From: Octopus bimaculoides
Taxonomy: Eukaryota
NCBI RefSeq assembly: GCF_001194135.2
Contig: NC_068984.1
Span: 1,003,662 to 1,040,804, forward strand
Reading direction: 5' to 3'
Length of the DNA: 37,143 bases
The notes under the pieces are model-generated. The model was not told where the DNA came from and ran no database searches. It saw nothing but the letters and a program-made list of their open reading frames with translations. Positions 36,517 through 37,143 of the stretch are shown in pieces. The translations under genes and the position numbers were made by a program. Each line of letters starts with the position of its first letter. The first letter of the stretch is position 1.

Positions 36517-37143
36517 CAGGGTTATTCAAAGAGAATGAACCGATTTCATTACGCAATATTTTAATAAGGAAAAGTAATAGAAAGCTCCAGCTAAGTCACA
36601 AGTATTTACTCACAATCAACTTTTATTTCCTGTCTTACACGTGTTCAATGTGGCCGCCACCTACAGCACGAGCAACATCAATGCGATAAGAGAATTCCTC
36701 CCAGACGCCTATTAGCATATCGCGATCCACTGAGTTGATCGCTCTTGTTATTCGATGTGTGTGATTTTTTTTTTTTTTTTGTGGGGATATGTTAAAGATN
36801 NNNNNNNNNTGTTATTCGATGTGTGTGATTTTTTTTTTTTTTTTGTGGGGATATGTTAAAGATCGCGTTTATGTTCCACCGCTACCAACTAACCTCGATG
36901 ACCTTAGACATCGAATAACAACAGCGATCAACTCAGTGGATCGTGATATGCTGATACGCATTCGGGAGGAATTCTCTTATCGCTTTGATGTTGCCCGTGC
37001 TGCAGGTGGTGGCCACATTGAACTCTTGTAAGACAGGAAGTAAAAGTTAATTGTGAGTAAATACTTATGACATAGCTGGAGCTTTCTATTGCTTTTCCTT
37101 ATTAAAATATTGCATAATGAAATCGGTTCATTCTCTTTGAATA
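36517..37143. mobile_element. Foldback Tc1/mariner derivative: two inverted copies of the element 3' end around a transposase C-terminal remnant
   Basis: 36523-36758 is the reverse complement of 36908-37143 (236 bp each). TA|CAGGG left terminus at 36515-36521. The centre encodes (C)DFF-LWGYVKDRVYVPPLPTNLDDLRHRITTAINSVDRDMLIRIREEFSYRFDVARAAGGGHIE. The right terminus runs off the window. Confidence 0.9.

Noticed and set aside
36746-36862. ~52-bp direct duplication around the 10-N gap
   Set aside because: Identical sequence on both sides of a placeholder gap with differing poly-T length is typical of unmerged contig overlap, i.e. an assembly artefact.

Overview
AT-rich, repeat-saturated metazoan genomic DNA from a gapped draft scaffold: 13 N-gaps totalling about 3.7 kb, most of them flanked by microsatellites. 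The SINE/LINE repertoire points to Octopus (inference from family recognition, no database search run). No complete protein-coding gene, rRNA, tRNA gene or CRISPR array is supportable, and nearly all ORF-track entries are microsatellite or N-gap artefacts. The recognisable coding remnants are all decayed transposons: eight R4/Dong-type (restriction-like endonuclease) LINE fragments, four of them stacked head-to-tail at 30.9-34.7 kb; RTE and CR1/L2-type LINE pieces; a Penelope GIY-YIG fragment; and a Tc1/mariner 3' end rebuilt as a foldback. There are also many tRNA-type SINE copies and two MITE-like inverted-repeat elements. One possible host terminal exon lies at 8331-8493 (+). The most interesting signal is a set of minimal type I hammerhead-ribozyme(-like) motifs in Penelope-type repeats. 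The best one (3999-4058) sits in a terminally redundant ~559-bp unit. This fits known Penelope/retrozyme biology, and I cannot establish from sequence alone that it is a new system.
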